Assembly (NCBI GenBank): GCA_964016885.1
Contig: OZ024753.1
Coordinates: forward strand, 24,490,001-24,554,000
DNA length: 64,000 bases
Reading direction: 5' to 3'
Source: Eledone cirrhosa
Lineage: Eukaryota
This document shows positions 27,625-43,699 of the stretch, piece after piece (within the stretch, counting starts at the first letter, position 1; every line of letters starts with the position of its first letter). The notes beneath the pieces were generated by a model. That model had not been told where the DNA came from, searched no databases, and saw only the letters and a list, made by a program, of their open reading frames with translations. The translations under genes and the position numbers were made by a program.

Positions 27625-30600
27625 ACACTGTATGTCACAGACAGAGGACTAACAGTGTATGTAACAGACAGAGGACTAACACTGTATGTAACAGACAGAG
27701 GACTCATACTGCATGTAACAGACAGAGGGTTAACACTGTATGTAACAGACAGAGGACTAACCCTGTATGTAACAGACAGAGGACTAACTGTGTATGTAAC
27801 AGACAGAGGACTAACACTGTATGTAACAGACAGAGGACTGACACTGTATGTAACAGACAGAGGACTAACACTGTATGTAACAGACAGAGGACTAACACTA
27901 TGTAACAGACAGCGGACTAACACTGTATGTAACAGACAGAGGACTAAAACTGTATGTAACAGACAGAGGACTAACACTGTATGCAACAGACAGAGGACTA
28001 ACACTGTATGTAACAGACAGAGGACGAACACTGTATGCAACAGACAGAGGACTAATACTGTATGTAACAGACAGAGGACTAACACTGTATGTAACAGACA
28101 GAGGACTAACACTGTATGTAACAGACAGACGACTAACACTGTATGTAACAGACAGCGGACGAACACTGTATGTAACAGACAGAGGACTAATACTGTATGT
28201 AACAGACAGAGGACTAACACTGTATGTAACAGACAGAGGACTAACACTGTATGTAACAGACAGCGGACTAACACTGTATGTAACAGACAGAGGACTGACA
28301 CTGTATGTAACAGACAGAGGACTAACAATGTATGTAACAGACAGAGGACTAACACTGTATGTAACAGGCAGAGGGTTAACACTGTATGTAACAGACAGAG
28401 GGTTAACTCTGTATGTAACAGACAGAGGACTAACACGGCATGTAACAGACAGAGGACTAACACTGTATGTAACAGACAGAGGGTTAACTCTGTATGTAAC
28501 AGACAGAGGACTAACACGGCATGTAACAGACAGAGGACTAACACTGTATGTAACAGACAGAGGACTAACACTGTATGCAACAGACAGAGAACGAACACTG
28601 TATGTAAGAGACAGAGGACTAACACTGTATGTAACAGACAGAGGGTTAACACTGTATGTAACAGACAGAGGACTAACACTGTATGTAACAGACAGAGGAC
28701 TATCACTGTATGTAACATACAGAGGACTAACACTGTATGTAACAGACAGAGGGTTAACACTGTATGTAACAGACAGAGGACTAACCCTGTATGTAACAGA
28801 CAGAGGACTAACTGTGTATGTAACAGACAGAGGACTAACACTGTATGTAACTGACAGAGGACTAACACTGTATGTAACAGACAGAGGGTTTACTCTGTAT
28901 GTAACAGACAGAGGACTAACACGGCATATAACAGACAGAGGACTAACACTGTATGTAACAGACAGAGGACTAACACTGTATGTAACAGACAGAGGACTAA
29001 CATTGTATGTAACAGACAGAGGATTAACACGATATGTAACAGACAGAGGACTAACACTGTATGTAAGAAGCAGAGGACTAACATTGTATGTAACAGACAG
29101 AGGACTAACACGATATGTAACAGACAGAGGAATAACACTATATGTAACAGACAGAGGACTAACCCTGTATGTAACAGACAGAGGACTAACACTGTATGTA
29201 ACAGACAGAGGACTAACACTGTATGTAACAGAAAGAGGGTTAACACTGTATGTAACAGACAGAGGACTAACCCTGTATGTAACAGACAGAGGACTAACAC
29301 GATATGTAACAGACAGAGGACTAACACTGTATGTAACAGACAGAGGACTAATACTGTATGTAACAGACAGAGGACTAACACTGTATGTAACAGAAATAGG
29401 GTTAACAATGTATGTAACAAACAGAGGACTGACACTGTATGTAACAGACAGAGGACTAACACTGTATGTAACAGACAGAGGACTAACACTGTATGTAACA
29501 GACAGCTGACTAACACTGTATGTAACAGACAGAGGATTAACACTGTATGTAACAGACAGAGGACTAACACTGTATGTAACAGACAGAGGACTAACACTGT
29601 ATGCAACAGACAGAGGACGAACACTGTATGTAACAGACAGAGGACTAACACTATATGTAACAGACAGACGACTAACACTGTATGTAACAGACAGCGGACT
29701 AGCACTGTAAGTAACAGACAGAGGACTAACACTGTATGTAACAGACAGAGGACTAACACTGTATGTAACAGACAGAGGACTAACACTGTATGCAACAGAC
29801 AGAGGACGGACCCTGTATGTAACAGACAGAGGACTAACATTGTATGTAACAGACAGAGGTTAACGCTGTATGTAACAGACAGAGGACTAACACTGTATGT
29901 ATCAGACAGACGACTAACACTGTATGTAACAGACAGAGGACTAACACTGTATGTAACAGAGAGCGGACTAACACTGTATGTAACAGACAGAGGACTGACA
30001 CTGTATGTAACAGACAGAGGACTAACACTGTATGTAACAGACAGAGGAATAACACTGTATGTAACAGACAGAGGGTTAACACTGTATGTAACAGACAGAG
30101 GGTTAACTCTGTATGTAACAGACAGAGGACTAACACGGCATGTAACAGACAGAGGACTAACACTGTATGTAACAGACAGAGGGTTAACTCTGTATGTAAC
30201 AGACAGAGGACTAACACGGCATGTAACAGACAGAGGACTAACACTGTATGTAACAGACAGAGGACTAACACTGTATGCAACAGACAGAGGACGAACACTG
30301 TATGTAACAGACAGAGGACTAACACTGTATGTAACAGACAGAGGGTTAACACTGTATGTAACAGACAGAGGACTAACACTGTATGTAACATGCAGAGGAC
30401 TAACACTGTATGTAACAGACAGAGGGTTAACACTGTTTGTAACAGACAGAGGACTAACCCTGCATGTAACAGACAGAGGACTAACTGTGTATGTAACAGA
30501 CAGAGGACTAACACTGTATGTAACAGACAGAGGACTAACACTGTATGTAACAGACAGAGGGATAACTCTGTATGTAACAGACAGAGGACTAACACGGCAT

Positions 30601-33600
30601 GTAACAGACAGAGGACTAAAACTGTATGTAACAGACAGAGGACTAACACTGTATGTAACAGACAGAGGACTAACATTGTATGTAACAGACAGAGGACTCA
30701 CACGATATGTAACAGACAGAGGACTAACACTGTATGTAAGAGACAGAGGACTAACGTTGTATGTAAAAGACAGAGGACTATCACGATATGTAACAGACAG
30801 AGGACTAACACTGTATGTAACAGACAGAGGACTAACACTATATGTAACAGACAGAGGACTAACCCTGTATGTAACAGACAGAGGACTAACTGTGTATGTA
30901 ACAGGCAGAGGACTAACACTGTATGTAACAGACAGAGGACTAACACTGTATGTAACAGACAGAGGACTAACACTGTATGTAACAGAAAGAGGGTTAACAC
31001 TGTATGTACCAGACAGAGGACGAACCCTGTATGTAACAGACAGAGGACTAACAAGATATGTAACAGACAGAGGACTAACACTGTATGTAACAGACAGAGA
31101 ACTAACACTATATGTAACAGACAGAGGACTAACCCTGTATCTAACAGACAGAGGACTAACACTGTATGTAACAGACAGAGGACTAACACTGTATGTAACA
31201 GACAGAGGACTAACACTGTATGCAACAGACAGAGGACTAACACTGTATGCAACAGACAGAGGACGAACACTGTATGCAACAGACAGAGGACTAATACTGT
31301 ATGTAACAGACAGAGGACTAACACTGTATGTAACAGACAGAGGACTAACACTGTATGTAACAGACAGAGGACTAACACTGTATGCAACAGACAGAGGACT
31401 AACACTGTATGTAACAGACAGAGGACGAACACTCTATGCAACAGACAGAGGATTAATACTGTATGTAACAGACAGAGGACTAACACTGTATGTAACAGAC
31501 AGAGAACTAACACTAAATGTAACAGACGGAGGACTAATACTGTATGTAACAGACAGAGGACTAATATTGTATGTAACAGACAGAGGACTAACACTGTATG
31601 TAACAGACAGAGGACTAACCCTGTATGTAACAGACGGAGGACTAACACTGTATGTAACTGACCGAGGGTTAAGATTGTATGTAACAGACAGAAGACTAAC
31701 ACTGTATGTAATAGACAGAGGACGAATACTGTATGTAACAGACAGAGGATAAACACTGTATGTAACAGACAGAGGACTAACACAGTATGTAACAGACAGA
31801 GGACTAACACTGTATGTAACAGACAGAGGACTAACACTGTATGTAACAGACAGAGTACTAACACTGTATGTAACATACAGAGGACTGACACTGTATGTAA
31901 CAGACAGAGGACTAACACTGTATGTAACAGACAGAGGGCTAACACTGTATGTAACAGACAGCGGACTAACACTGTATGTAACAGACAGAGGACTAACACT
32001 GTATGTAACAGACAGAGGACTAACACTGTATGTAACATACAGAGGACTAACACTGTATGTAACAGACAGAGGGATAACACTGTATGTAACAGACAGAGGA
32101 CTAACACTGTATGTAACAGACAGAGGACTAACACTGTATGTAACAGACAGAGGGCTAACACTGTATGTCACAGACAGAGGACTAACAGTGTATGTAACAG
32201 ACAGAGGACTAACACTGTATGTAACAGACAGAGGACTCATACTGCATGTAACAGACAGAGGGTTAACACTGTATGTAACAGACAGAGGACTAACCCTGTA
32301 TGTAACAGACAGAGGACTAACTGTGTATGTAACAGACAGAGGACTAACACTGTATGTAACAGACAGAGGACTGACACTGTATGTAACAGACAGAGGACTA
32401 ACACTGTATGTAACAGACAGAGGACTAACACTATGTAACAGACAGCGGACTAACACTGTATGTAACAGACAGAGGACTAAAACTGTATGTAACAGACAGA
32501 GGACTAACACTGTATGCAACAGACAGAGGACTAACACTGTATGTAACAGACAGAGGACGAACACTGTATGCAACAGACAGAGGACTAATACTGTATGTAA
32601 CAGACAGAGGACTAACACTGTATGTAACAGACAGAGGACTAACACTGTATGTAACAGACAGACGACTAACACTGTATGTAACAGACAGCGGACGAACACT
32701 GTATGTAACAGACAGAGGACTAATACTGTATGTAACAGACAGAGGACTAACACTGTATGTAACAGACAGAGGACTAACACTGTATGTAACAGACAGCGGA
32801 CTAACACTGTATGTAACAGACAGAGGACTGACACTGTATGTAACAGACAGAGGACTAACAATGTATGTAACAGACAGAGGACTAACACTGTATGTAACAG
32901 GCAGAGGGTTAACACTGTATGTAACAGACAGAGGGTTAACTCTGTATGTAACAGACAGAGGACTAACACGGCATGTAACAGACAGAGGACTAACACTGTA
33001 TGTAACAGACAGAGGGTTAACTCTGTATGTAACAGACAGAGGACTAACACGGCATGTAACAGACAGAGGACTAACACTGTATGTAACAGACAGAGGACTA
33101 ACACTGTATGCAACAGACAGAGAACGAACACTGTATGTAAGAGACAGAGGACTAACACTGTATGTAACAGACAGAGGGTTAACACTGTATGTAACAGACA
33201 GAGGACTAACACTGTATGTAACAGACAGAGGACTATCACTGTATGTAACATACAGAGGACTAACACTGTATGTAACAGACAGAGGGTTAACACTGTATGT
33301 AACAGACAGAGGACTAACCCTGTATGTAACAGACAGAGGACTAACTGTGTATGTAACAGACAGAGGACTAACACTGTATGTAACTGACAGAGGACTAACA
33401 CTGTATGTAACAGACAGAGGGTTTACTCTGTATGTAACAGACAGAGGACTAACACGGCATATAACAGACAGAGGACTAACACTGTATGTAACAGACAGAG
33501 GACTAACACTGTATGTAACAGACAGAGGACTAACATTGTATGTAACAGACAGAGGATTAACACGATATGTAACAGACAGAGGACTAACACTGTATGTAAG

Positions 33601-36600
33601 AAGCAGAGGACTAACATTGTATGTAACAGACAGAGGACTAACACGATATGTAACAGACAGAGGAATAACACTATATGTAACAGACAGAGGACTAACCCTG
33701 TATGTAACAGACAGAGGACTAACACTGTATGTAACAGACAGAGGACTAACACTGTATGTAACAGAAAGAGGGTTAACACTGTATGTAACAGACAGAGGAC
33801 TAACCCTGTATGTAACAGACAGAGGACTAACACGATATGTAACAGACAGAGGACTAACACTGTATGTAACAGACAGAGGACTAATACTGTATGTAACAGA
33901 CAGAGGACTAACACTGTATGTAACAGAAATAGGGTTAACAATGTATGTAACAAACAGAGGACTGACACTGTATGTAACAGACAGAGGACTAACACTGTAT
34001 GTAACAGACAGAGGACTAACACTGTATGTAACAGACAGCTGACTAACACTGTATGTAACAGACAGAGGATTAACACTGTATGTAACAGACAGAGGACTAA
34101 CACTGTATGTAACAGACAGAGGACTAACACTGTATGCAACAGACAGAGGACGAACACTGTATGTAACAGACAGAGGACTAACACTATATGTAACAGACAG
34201 ACGACTAACACTGTATGTAACAGACAGCGGACTAGCACTGTAAGTAACAGACAGAGGACTAACACTGTATGTAACAGACAGAGGACTAACACTGTATGTA
34301 ACAGACAGAGGACTAACACTGTATGCAACAGACAGAGGACGGACCCTGTATGTAACAGACAGAGGACTAACATTGTATGTAACAGACAGAGGTTAACACT
34401 GTATGTAACAGACAGAGGACTAACACTGTATGTATCAGACAGACGACTAACACTGTATGTAACAGACAGAGGACTAACACTGTATGTAACAGAGAGCGGA
34501 CTAACACTGTATGTAACAGACAGAGGACTGACACTGTATGTAACAGACAGAGGACTAACACTGTATGTAACAGACAGAGGGTTAACACTGTATGTAACAG
34601 ACAGAGGGTTAACTCTGTATGTAACAGACAGAGGACTAACACGGCATGTAACAGACAGAGGACTAACACTGTATGTAACAGACAGAGGGTTAACTCTGTA
34701 TGTAACAGACAGAGGACTAACACGGCATGTAACAGACAGAGGACTAACACTGTATGTAACAGACAGAGGACTAACACTGTATGCAACAGACAGAGGACGA
34801 ACACTGTATGTAACAGACAGAGGACTAACACTGTATGTAACAGACAGAGGGTTAACACTGTATGTAACAGACAGAGGACTAACACTGTATGTAACATGCA
34901 GAGGACTAACACTGTATGTAACAGACAGAGGGTTAACACTGTTTGTAACAGACAGAGGACTAACCCTGCATGTAACAGACAGAGGACTAACTGTGTATGT
35001 AACAGACAGAGGACTAACACTGTATGTAACAGACAGAGGACTAACACTGTATGTAACAGACAGAGGGATAACTCTGTATGTAACAGACAGAGGACTAACA
35101 CGGCATGTAACAGACAGAGGACTAAAACTGTATGTAACAGACAGAGGACTAACACTGTATGTAACAGACAGAGGACTCACACGATATGTAACAGACAGAG
35201 GACTAACACTGTATGTAAGAGACAGAGGACTAACGTTGTATGTAAAAGACAGAGGACTATCACGATATGTAACAGACAGAGGACTAACACTGTATGTAAC
35301 AGACAGAGGACTAACACTATATGTAACAGACAGAGGACTAACCCTGTATGTAACAGACAGAGGACTAACTGTGTATGTAACAGGCAGAGGACTAACACTG
35401 TATGTAACAGACAGAGGACTAACACTGTATGTAACAGACAGAGGACTAACACTGTATGTAACAGAAAGAGGGTTAACACTGTATGTACCAGACAGAGGAC
35501 GAACCCTGTATGTAACAGACAGAGGACTAACAAGATATGTAACAGACAGAGGACTAACACTGTATGTAACAGACAGAGAACTAACACTATATGTAACAGA
35601 CAGAGGACTAACCCTGTATCTAACAGACAGAGGACTAACACTGTATGTAACAGACAGAGGACTAACACTGTATGTAACAGACAGAGGACTAACACTGTAT
35701 GCAACAGACAGAGGACTAACACTGTATGCAACAGACAGAGGACGAACACTGTATGCAACAGACAGAGGACTAATACTGTATGTAACAGACAGAGGACTAA
35801 CACTGTATGTAACAGACAGAGGACTAACACTGTATGTAACAGACAGAGGACTAACACTGTATGCAACAGACAGAGGACTAACACTGTATGTAACAGACAG
35901 AGGACGAACACTCTATGCAACAGACAGAGGATTAATACTGTATGTAACAGACAGAGGACTAACACTGTATGTAACAGACAGAGAACTAACACTAAATGTA
36001 ACAGACGGAGGACTAATACTGTATGTAACAGACAGAGGACTAATATTGTATGTAACAGACAGAGGACTAACACTGTATGTAACAGACAGAGGACTAACCC
36101 TGTATGTAACAGACGGAGGACTAACACTGTATGTAACTGACCGAGGGTTAAGATTGTATGTAACAGACAGAAGACTAACACTGTATGTAATAGACAGAGG
36201 ACGAATACTGTATGTAACAGACAGAGGATAAACACTGTATGTAACAGACAGAGGACTAACACAGTATGTAACAGACAGAGGACTAACACTGTATGTAACA
36301 GACAGAGGACTAACACTGTATGTAACAGACAGAGTACTAACACTGTATGTAACATACAGAGGACTGACACTGTATGTAACAGACAGAGGACTAACACTGT
36401 ATGTAACAGACAGAGGGCTAACACTGTATGTAACAGACAGCGGACTAACACTGTATGTAACAGACAGAGGACTAACACTGTATGTAACAGACAGAGGACT
36501 AACACTGTATGTAACATACAGAGGACTAACACTGTATGTAACAGACAGAGGGATAACACTGTATGTAACAGACAGAGGACTAACACTGTATGTAACAGAC

Positions 36601-36640
36601 AGAGGACTAACACTGTATGTAACAGACAGAGGGCTAACAC
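27625..36640. repeat. Near-identical tandem duplication of ~4.5 kb (168 monomers): 27625-32157 vs 32158-~36640
   Basis: Identical 393-aa ORF translations at 28328 and 32861 (offset 4533 = 168x27-3). Private variants GGGTTTACTC, CTAGCACTGTAAG, GGACGGACCC, GTATCAGAC and CTCACACGAT occur in both copies. The offset falls to 4506, then 4479, through loss of two monomers. Confidence 0.95.
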
Positions 36641-36919
36641 TGTATGTAACAGACAGAGGACTAACACTGTATGTAACAGACAGAGGGCTAACACTGTATG
36701 TAACAGGCAGAGGACTGACACTGTATGTCACAGACAGAGGAATAACAGTGTATGTAACAGACAGAGGACTAACACTGTATGTAACAGACAGAGGACTCAT
36801 ACTGCATGTAACAGACAGAGGGTTAACACTGTATGTAACAGACAGAGGACTAACCCTGTATGTAACAGACAGAGGACTAACTGTGTATGTAACAGACAGA
36901 GGACTAACACTGTATGTAA

Positions 36920-39900
36920 CAGACAGAGGATAAACACTGTATGTAACAGACAGAGGACTAACACTGTATGTAACATACAGAGGACTGACACTGTATGTAA
37001 CAGACAGAGGACTAACACTGTATGTAACAGACAGAGGACTAACACTGTATGTAACAGACAGCGGACTAACACTGTATGTAACAGACAGAGGACTAACACT
37101 GTATGTAACAGACAGAGGACTAACACTGTATGTAACAGACAGAGGACTAACACTGTATGCAACAGACAGAGGACTAACACTGTATGTAAAAGACAGAGGA
37201 CGAACACTGTATGCAACAGACAGAGGACTAATACTGTATGTAACAGACAGAGGACTAACACTGTATGTAACAGACAGAGGACTAACACTGTATGTAACAG
37301 ACAGACGACTAACACTGTATGTAACAGACAGCGACGAACACTGTATGTAACAGACAGAGGACTAATACTGTATGTAACAGACAGAGGACTAACACTGTAT
37401 GTAACAGACAGAGGACTAACACTGTATGTAACATGCAGAGGACTAACACTGTATGTAACAGACAGAGGGATAACACTGTATGTGACAGAAAGAGGACTAA
37501 CGCTGTATGTAACAGACAGAGGGCTAACACTGTATGTAACAGACGGAGGACTAACACTGTATGTTAGAGACAGAGGGCTAACACTGTATGTAACAGGCAG
37601 AGGACAAACACTGTATGTAACAGACAGAGGACTGACACTGTATGTCACAGACAGAGGAATAACAGTGTATGTAACAGACAGAGGACTAACACTGTATGTA
37701 ACAGACAGAGGACTCATACTGCATGTAACAGACAGAGGGTTAACACTGTATGTAACAGACAGAGGACTAACCCTGTATGTAACAGACAGAGGACTAACTG
37801 TGTATGTAACAGACAGAGGACTAACACTGTATGTAACAGACAGAGGACTGACACTGTATGTCACAGACAGAGGAATAACACTGTATGTAACAGACAGAGG
37901 ACTAACACTGTATGTAACAGACAGCGAACTAACACTGTATGTAACAGACAGAGGACTAACACTGTATGTAACAGACAGAGGACTAACAATGTATGTAACA
38001 GACAGAGGACTAACACTGTATGCAACAGACAGAGGACTAACACTGTATGTAACAGACAGAGGACGAACACTGTATGCAACAGACAGAGCACTAATACTGT
38101 ATGTAACAGACAGAGGACTAACACTGTATGTAACAGACAGAGGACTAACACTGTATGTAACAGACAGACGACTAACACTGTATGTAACAGACAGCGGACG
38201 AACACTGTATGTAACAGACAGAGGACTAATACTGTATGTAACAGACAGAGGACTAACACTGTATGTAACAGACAGCGGACTAACACTGTATGTAACAGAC
38301 AGAGGACTAACACTGTATGTAACAGACAGAGGACTAACACTGTATGTAACAGACAGAGGGATAACACTGTATGTAACAGACAGAGGACTAACACTGTATG
38401 TAACAGACAGAGGACTAACACTGTATGTAACAGACAGAGGGCTAACACTGTATGTAACAGACAGAGGACTAACACTGTATGTAACAGACAGAGGGCTAAC
38501 ACTGTATGTAACAGGCAGAGGACTGACACTGTATGTCACAGACAGAGGAATAACAGTGTATGTAACAGACAGAGGACTAACACTGTATGTAACAGACAGA
38601 GGACTCATACTGCATGTAACAGACAGAGGGTTAACACTGTATGTAACAGACAGAGGACTAACCCTGTATGTAACAGACAGAGGACTAACTGTGTATGTAA
38701 CAGACAGAGGACTAACACTGTATGTAACAGACAGAGGACTAAGAAGATATGTAACAGACAGAGGACTAACACTGTATGTAACAGACAGAGGACTAACACT
38801 GTATGTAACAGACAGCGGATTAATACTGTATGTAACAGACAGACGACCAACACTGTATGTAACAGACAGAGGACTAACACTGTATGTAACAGACAGAGGA
38901 CTAACACTGTATGCAACAGACAGAGGACTAACACTGTATGTAACAGACAGAGGACGAACACTGTATGCAACAGACAGAGGACTAATACTGTATGTAACAG
39001 ACAGAGGACTAACACTGTATGTAACAGACAGAGGACTAACACTGTATGTAACAGACAGACGACTAACACTGTATGTAACAGACAGCGGACGAACACTGTA
39101 TGTAACAGACAGAGGACTAATACTGTATGTAACAGACAGAGGACTAACACTGTATGTAACAGACAGAGGACTAACACTGTATGTAACAGACAGCGGTCTA
39201 ACACTGTATGTAACAGACAGAGGACTGACACTGTATGTAACAGACAGAGGACTAACACTGTATGTAACAGACAGAGGACTAACACTGTATGTAACAGGCG
39301 GAGGGTTAACACTGTATGTAACAGACAGAGGGTTAACTCTGTATGTAACAGACAGAGGACTAACACGGCATGTAACAGACAGAGGACTAACACTGTATGT
39401 AACAGACAGAGGACTAACACTGTATGCAACCGACAGAGGACGAACACTGTATGTAACAGACAGAGGACTAACACTGTATGTAACAGACAGAGGGTTAACA
39501 CTGTATGTAACAGACAGAGGACTAACACTGTATGTAACAGACGGAGGACTAACGCTGTATGTAACATACAGAGGACTAACACTGTATGTAACAGACAGAG
39601 GGTTAACACTGTATGTAACAGACAGAGGACTAACCCTGTATGTAACAGACAGAGGACTAACTGTGTATGTAACAGACAGAGGACTAACACTGTATGTAAC
39701 AGACAGAGGACTAACACTGTATGTAACATACAGAGGACTAACACTGTATGTAACAGACAGAGGGTTAACACTGTATGCAACAGACAGAGGACTAACCCTG
39801 TATGTAACAGACAGAGGACTAACTGTGTATGTAACAGACAGAGGACTAACACTGTATGTAACAGACAGAGGACTAACACTGTATGTAACAGACAGAGGGC

Positions 39901-42900
39901 TAACACTGTATGTAACAGACAGAGGACTAACACTGTAACAGACAGAGGGCTAACACTGTATGTAACAGGCAGAGGACTAACACTGTATGTAACAGACAGA
40001 GGATTGACACTGTATGTCACAGACAGAGGAATAACTGTGTATGTAACAGACAGAGGACTAACACTGTATGTAACAGACAGAGGACTAACACTGTATGTAA
40101 CAGACAGAGGACTAACACTCTATGTAACAGAAAGAGGGTTAACACCGTATGTACCAGACAGAGGACTAACCCTGTATGTAACAGACAGAGGACTAACACG
40201 ATATGTAACAGACAGAGGACTAACACGATATGTAACAGACAGAGGACTAACACTGTATGTAACAGACAGAGGATAAACACTGTATGTAACAGACAGAGGA
40301 CTAACACTGTATGTAACAGACAGAGGACTAACACTGTATGTAACAGACAGAGGACTAACACTGTATGTAACAGACAGAGTACTAACACTGTATGTAACAT
40401 ACAGAGGACTGACACTGTATGTAACAGACAGAGGACTAACACTGTATGTAACAGACAGAGGACTAACACTGTATGTAACAGACAGCGGACTAACACTGTA
40501 TGTAACAGACAGAGGACTAACACTGTATGTAACAGACAGAGGACTAACACTGTATGTAACAGACAGAGGACTAACACTGTATGCAACAGACAGAGGACTA
40601 ACACTGTATGTAAAAGACAGAGGACGAACACTGTATGCAACAGACAGAGGACTAATACTGTATGTAACAGACAGAGGACTAACACTGTATGTAACAGACA
40701 GAGGACTAACACTGTATGTAACAGACAGACGACTAACACTGTATGTAACAGACAGCGACGAACACTGTATGTAACAGACAGAGGACTAATACTGTATGTA
40801 ACAGACAGAGGACTAACACTGTATGTAACAGACAGAGGACTAACACTGTATGTAACATGCAGAGGACTAACACTGTATGTAACAGACAGAGGGATAACAC
40901 TGTATGTGACAGACAGAGGACTAACACTGTATGTAACAGACAGAGGACTAACACTGTATGTAACAGACAGAGGGCTAACACTGTATGTAACAGACGGAGG
41001 ACTAACACTGTATGTTACAGACAGAGGGCTAACACTATGTAACAGGCAGAGGACAAACACTGTATGTAACAGACAGAGGACTGACACTGTATGTCACAGA
41101 CAGAGGAATAACAGTGTATGTAACAGACAGAGGACTAACACTGTATGTAACAGACAGAGGACTCATACTGCATGTAACAGACAGAGGGTTAACACTGTAT
41201 GTAACAGACAGAGGACTAACCCTGTATGTAACAGACAGAGGACTAACTGTGTATGTAACAGACAGAGGACTAACACTGTATGTAACAGACAGAGGACTGA
41301 CACTGTATGTCACAGACAGAGGAATAACACTGTATGTAACAGACAGAGGACTAACACTGTATGTAACAGACAGCGAACTAACACTGTATGTAACAGACAG
41401 AGGACTAACACTGTATGTAACAGACAGAGGACTAACACTGTATGTAACAGACAGAGGACTAACACTGTATGCAACAGACAGAGGACTAACACTGTATGTA
41501 ACAGACAGAGGACGAACACTGTATGCAACAGACAGAGCACTAATACTGTATGTAACAGACAGAGGACTAACACTGTATGTAACAGACAGACGACTAACAC
41601 TGTATGTAACAGACAGCGGACGAACACTGTATGTAACAGACAGAGGACTAATACTGTATGTAACAGACAGAGGACTAACACTGTATGTAACAGACACAGG
41701 ACTAACACTGTATGTAACAGACAGCGGACTAACACTGTATGTAACAGACAGAGGACTAACACTGTATGTAACAGACAGAGGACTAACACTGTATGTAACA
41801 TACAGAGGACTAACACTGTATGTAACAGACAGAGGGATAACACTGTATGTAACAGACAGAGGACTAACACTGTATGTAACAGACAGAGGACTAACACTGT
41901 ATGTAACAGACAGAGGGCTAACACTGTATGTAACAGACAGAGGACTAACACTGTATGTAACAGACAGAGGGCTAACACTGTATGTAACAGGCAGAGGACT
42001 GACACTGTATGTCACAGACAGAGGAATAACAGTGTATGTAACAGACAGAGGACTAACACTGTATGTAACAGACAGAGGACTCATACTGCATGTAACAGAC
42101 AGAGGGTTAACACCGTATGTAACAGACAGAGGACTAACCCTGTATGTAACAGACAGAGGACTAACTGTGTATGTAACAGACAGAGGACTAACACTGTATG
42201 TAACAGACAGAGGACTGACACTGTATGTAACATACAGAGGACTAACACTGTATGTAACAGACAGAGGACTAACACTGCATGTAACAGACAGCGGATTAAT
42301 ACTGTATGTAACAGACAGACGACCAACACTGTATGTAACAGACAGAGGACTAACACTGTATGTAACAGACAGAGGACTAACACTGTATGCAACAGACAGA
42401 GGACTAACACTGTATGTAACAGACAGAGGACGAACACTGTATGCAACAGACAGAGGACTAATACTGTATGTAACAGACAGAGGACTAACACTGTATGTAA
42501 CAGACAGAGGACTAACACTGTATGTAACAGACAGACGACTAACACTGTATGTAACAGACAGCGGACGAACACTGTATGTAACAGACAGAGGACTAATACT
42601 GTATGTAACAGACAGAGGACTAACACTGTATGTAACAGACAGAGGGTTAACTCTGTATGTAACAGACAGAGGACTAACACGGCATGTAACAGACAGAGGA
42701 CTAACACTGTATGTAACAGACAGAGGACTAACACTGTATGTAACAGACAGAGGACTAACACTGTATGTAACAGACAGAGGACTAACACTGTATGCAACCG
42801 ACAGAGGACGAACACTGTATGTAACAGACAGAGGACTAACACTGTATGTAACAGACAGAGGGTTAACACTGTATGTAACAGACAGAGGACTAACACTGTA

Positions 42901-43110
42901 TGTAACAGACAGAGGACTAACGCTGTATGTAACATACAGAGGACTAACACTGTATGTAACAGACAGAGGGTTAACACTGTATGTAACAGACAGAGGACTA
43001 ACCCTGTATGTAACAGACAGAGGACTAACTGTGTATGTAACAGACAGAGGACTAACACTGTATGTAACAGACAGAGGACTAACACTGTATGTAACAGACA
43101 GAGGGTTAAC
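36920..43110. repeat. Diverged duplication, ~36.9-39.7 kb vs ~40.3-43.1 kb (offset ~3.35-3.5 kb)
   Basis: Markers: GCGACGAAC at ~37331 and 40755; GCGAACT at ~37924 and 41373; GAGCACTAATAC at ~38086 and 41535; GCGGATTAATAC+GACGACCAAC at ~38815 and 42291; GCAACCGAC at ~39426 and 42794. Confidence 0.85.
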
Positions 43111-43699
43111 TCTGTATGTAACAGACAGAGGACTAACCCTGTATGTAACAGACAGAGGACTAACTGTGTATGTAACAGACAGAGGACTAACACGGCATGT
43201 AACAGACAGAGGACTAACACTGTATGTAACAGACAGAGGACTAACACTGTATGTAACAGACAGAGGACTAACACTGTATGTAAGAAGCAGAGCACTAACA
43301 TTGTATGTAACAGACAGAGGACTAACACGATATGTAACAGACAGAGGAATAACACTGTATGTAACAGACAGAGGACTAACACTGTATGTAACAGACAGAG
43401 GGTTAACACTATATGTAACAGACAGAGGACTAAGCCTGTATGTAACAGACAGAGGACGAACACTGTATGTAACAGACAGAGGACTAACACTGTATGTAAC
43501 AGAAAAAGGGTTAACACTGTATGTAACAGACAGAGGACTAACCCTGTATGTAACAGACAGAGGACTAACACGATATGTAACAGACAGAGGACTAACACTG
43601 TATGTAACAGACAGAGGACTAACACTGTATGTAACAGACAGAGGTCTAACTCTGTATGTAACAGACAGAGGACTAACACGATATGTAACAGACAGAGGA

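Noticed and set aside
37482-39938. Apparent synonymous bias in the + frame YVTDRGLTL (GGG TTA, ACC, ACT, CTG, TTG, GTC are silent)
   Set aside because: 24 of the 81 possible single changes are silent in that frame anyway. Other common variants are silent in the CNRQRTNTV frame instead (TGC, ACG, AAT, CGG). In-frame stops (GGATAA, CTGTAAG, AGATGA) recur many times. A per-frame dN/dS on independent events would settle it.
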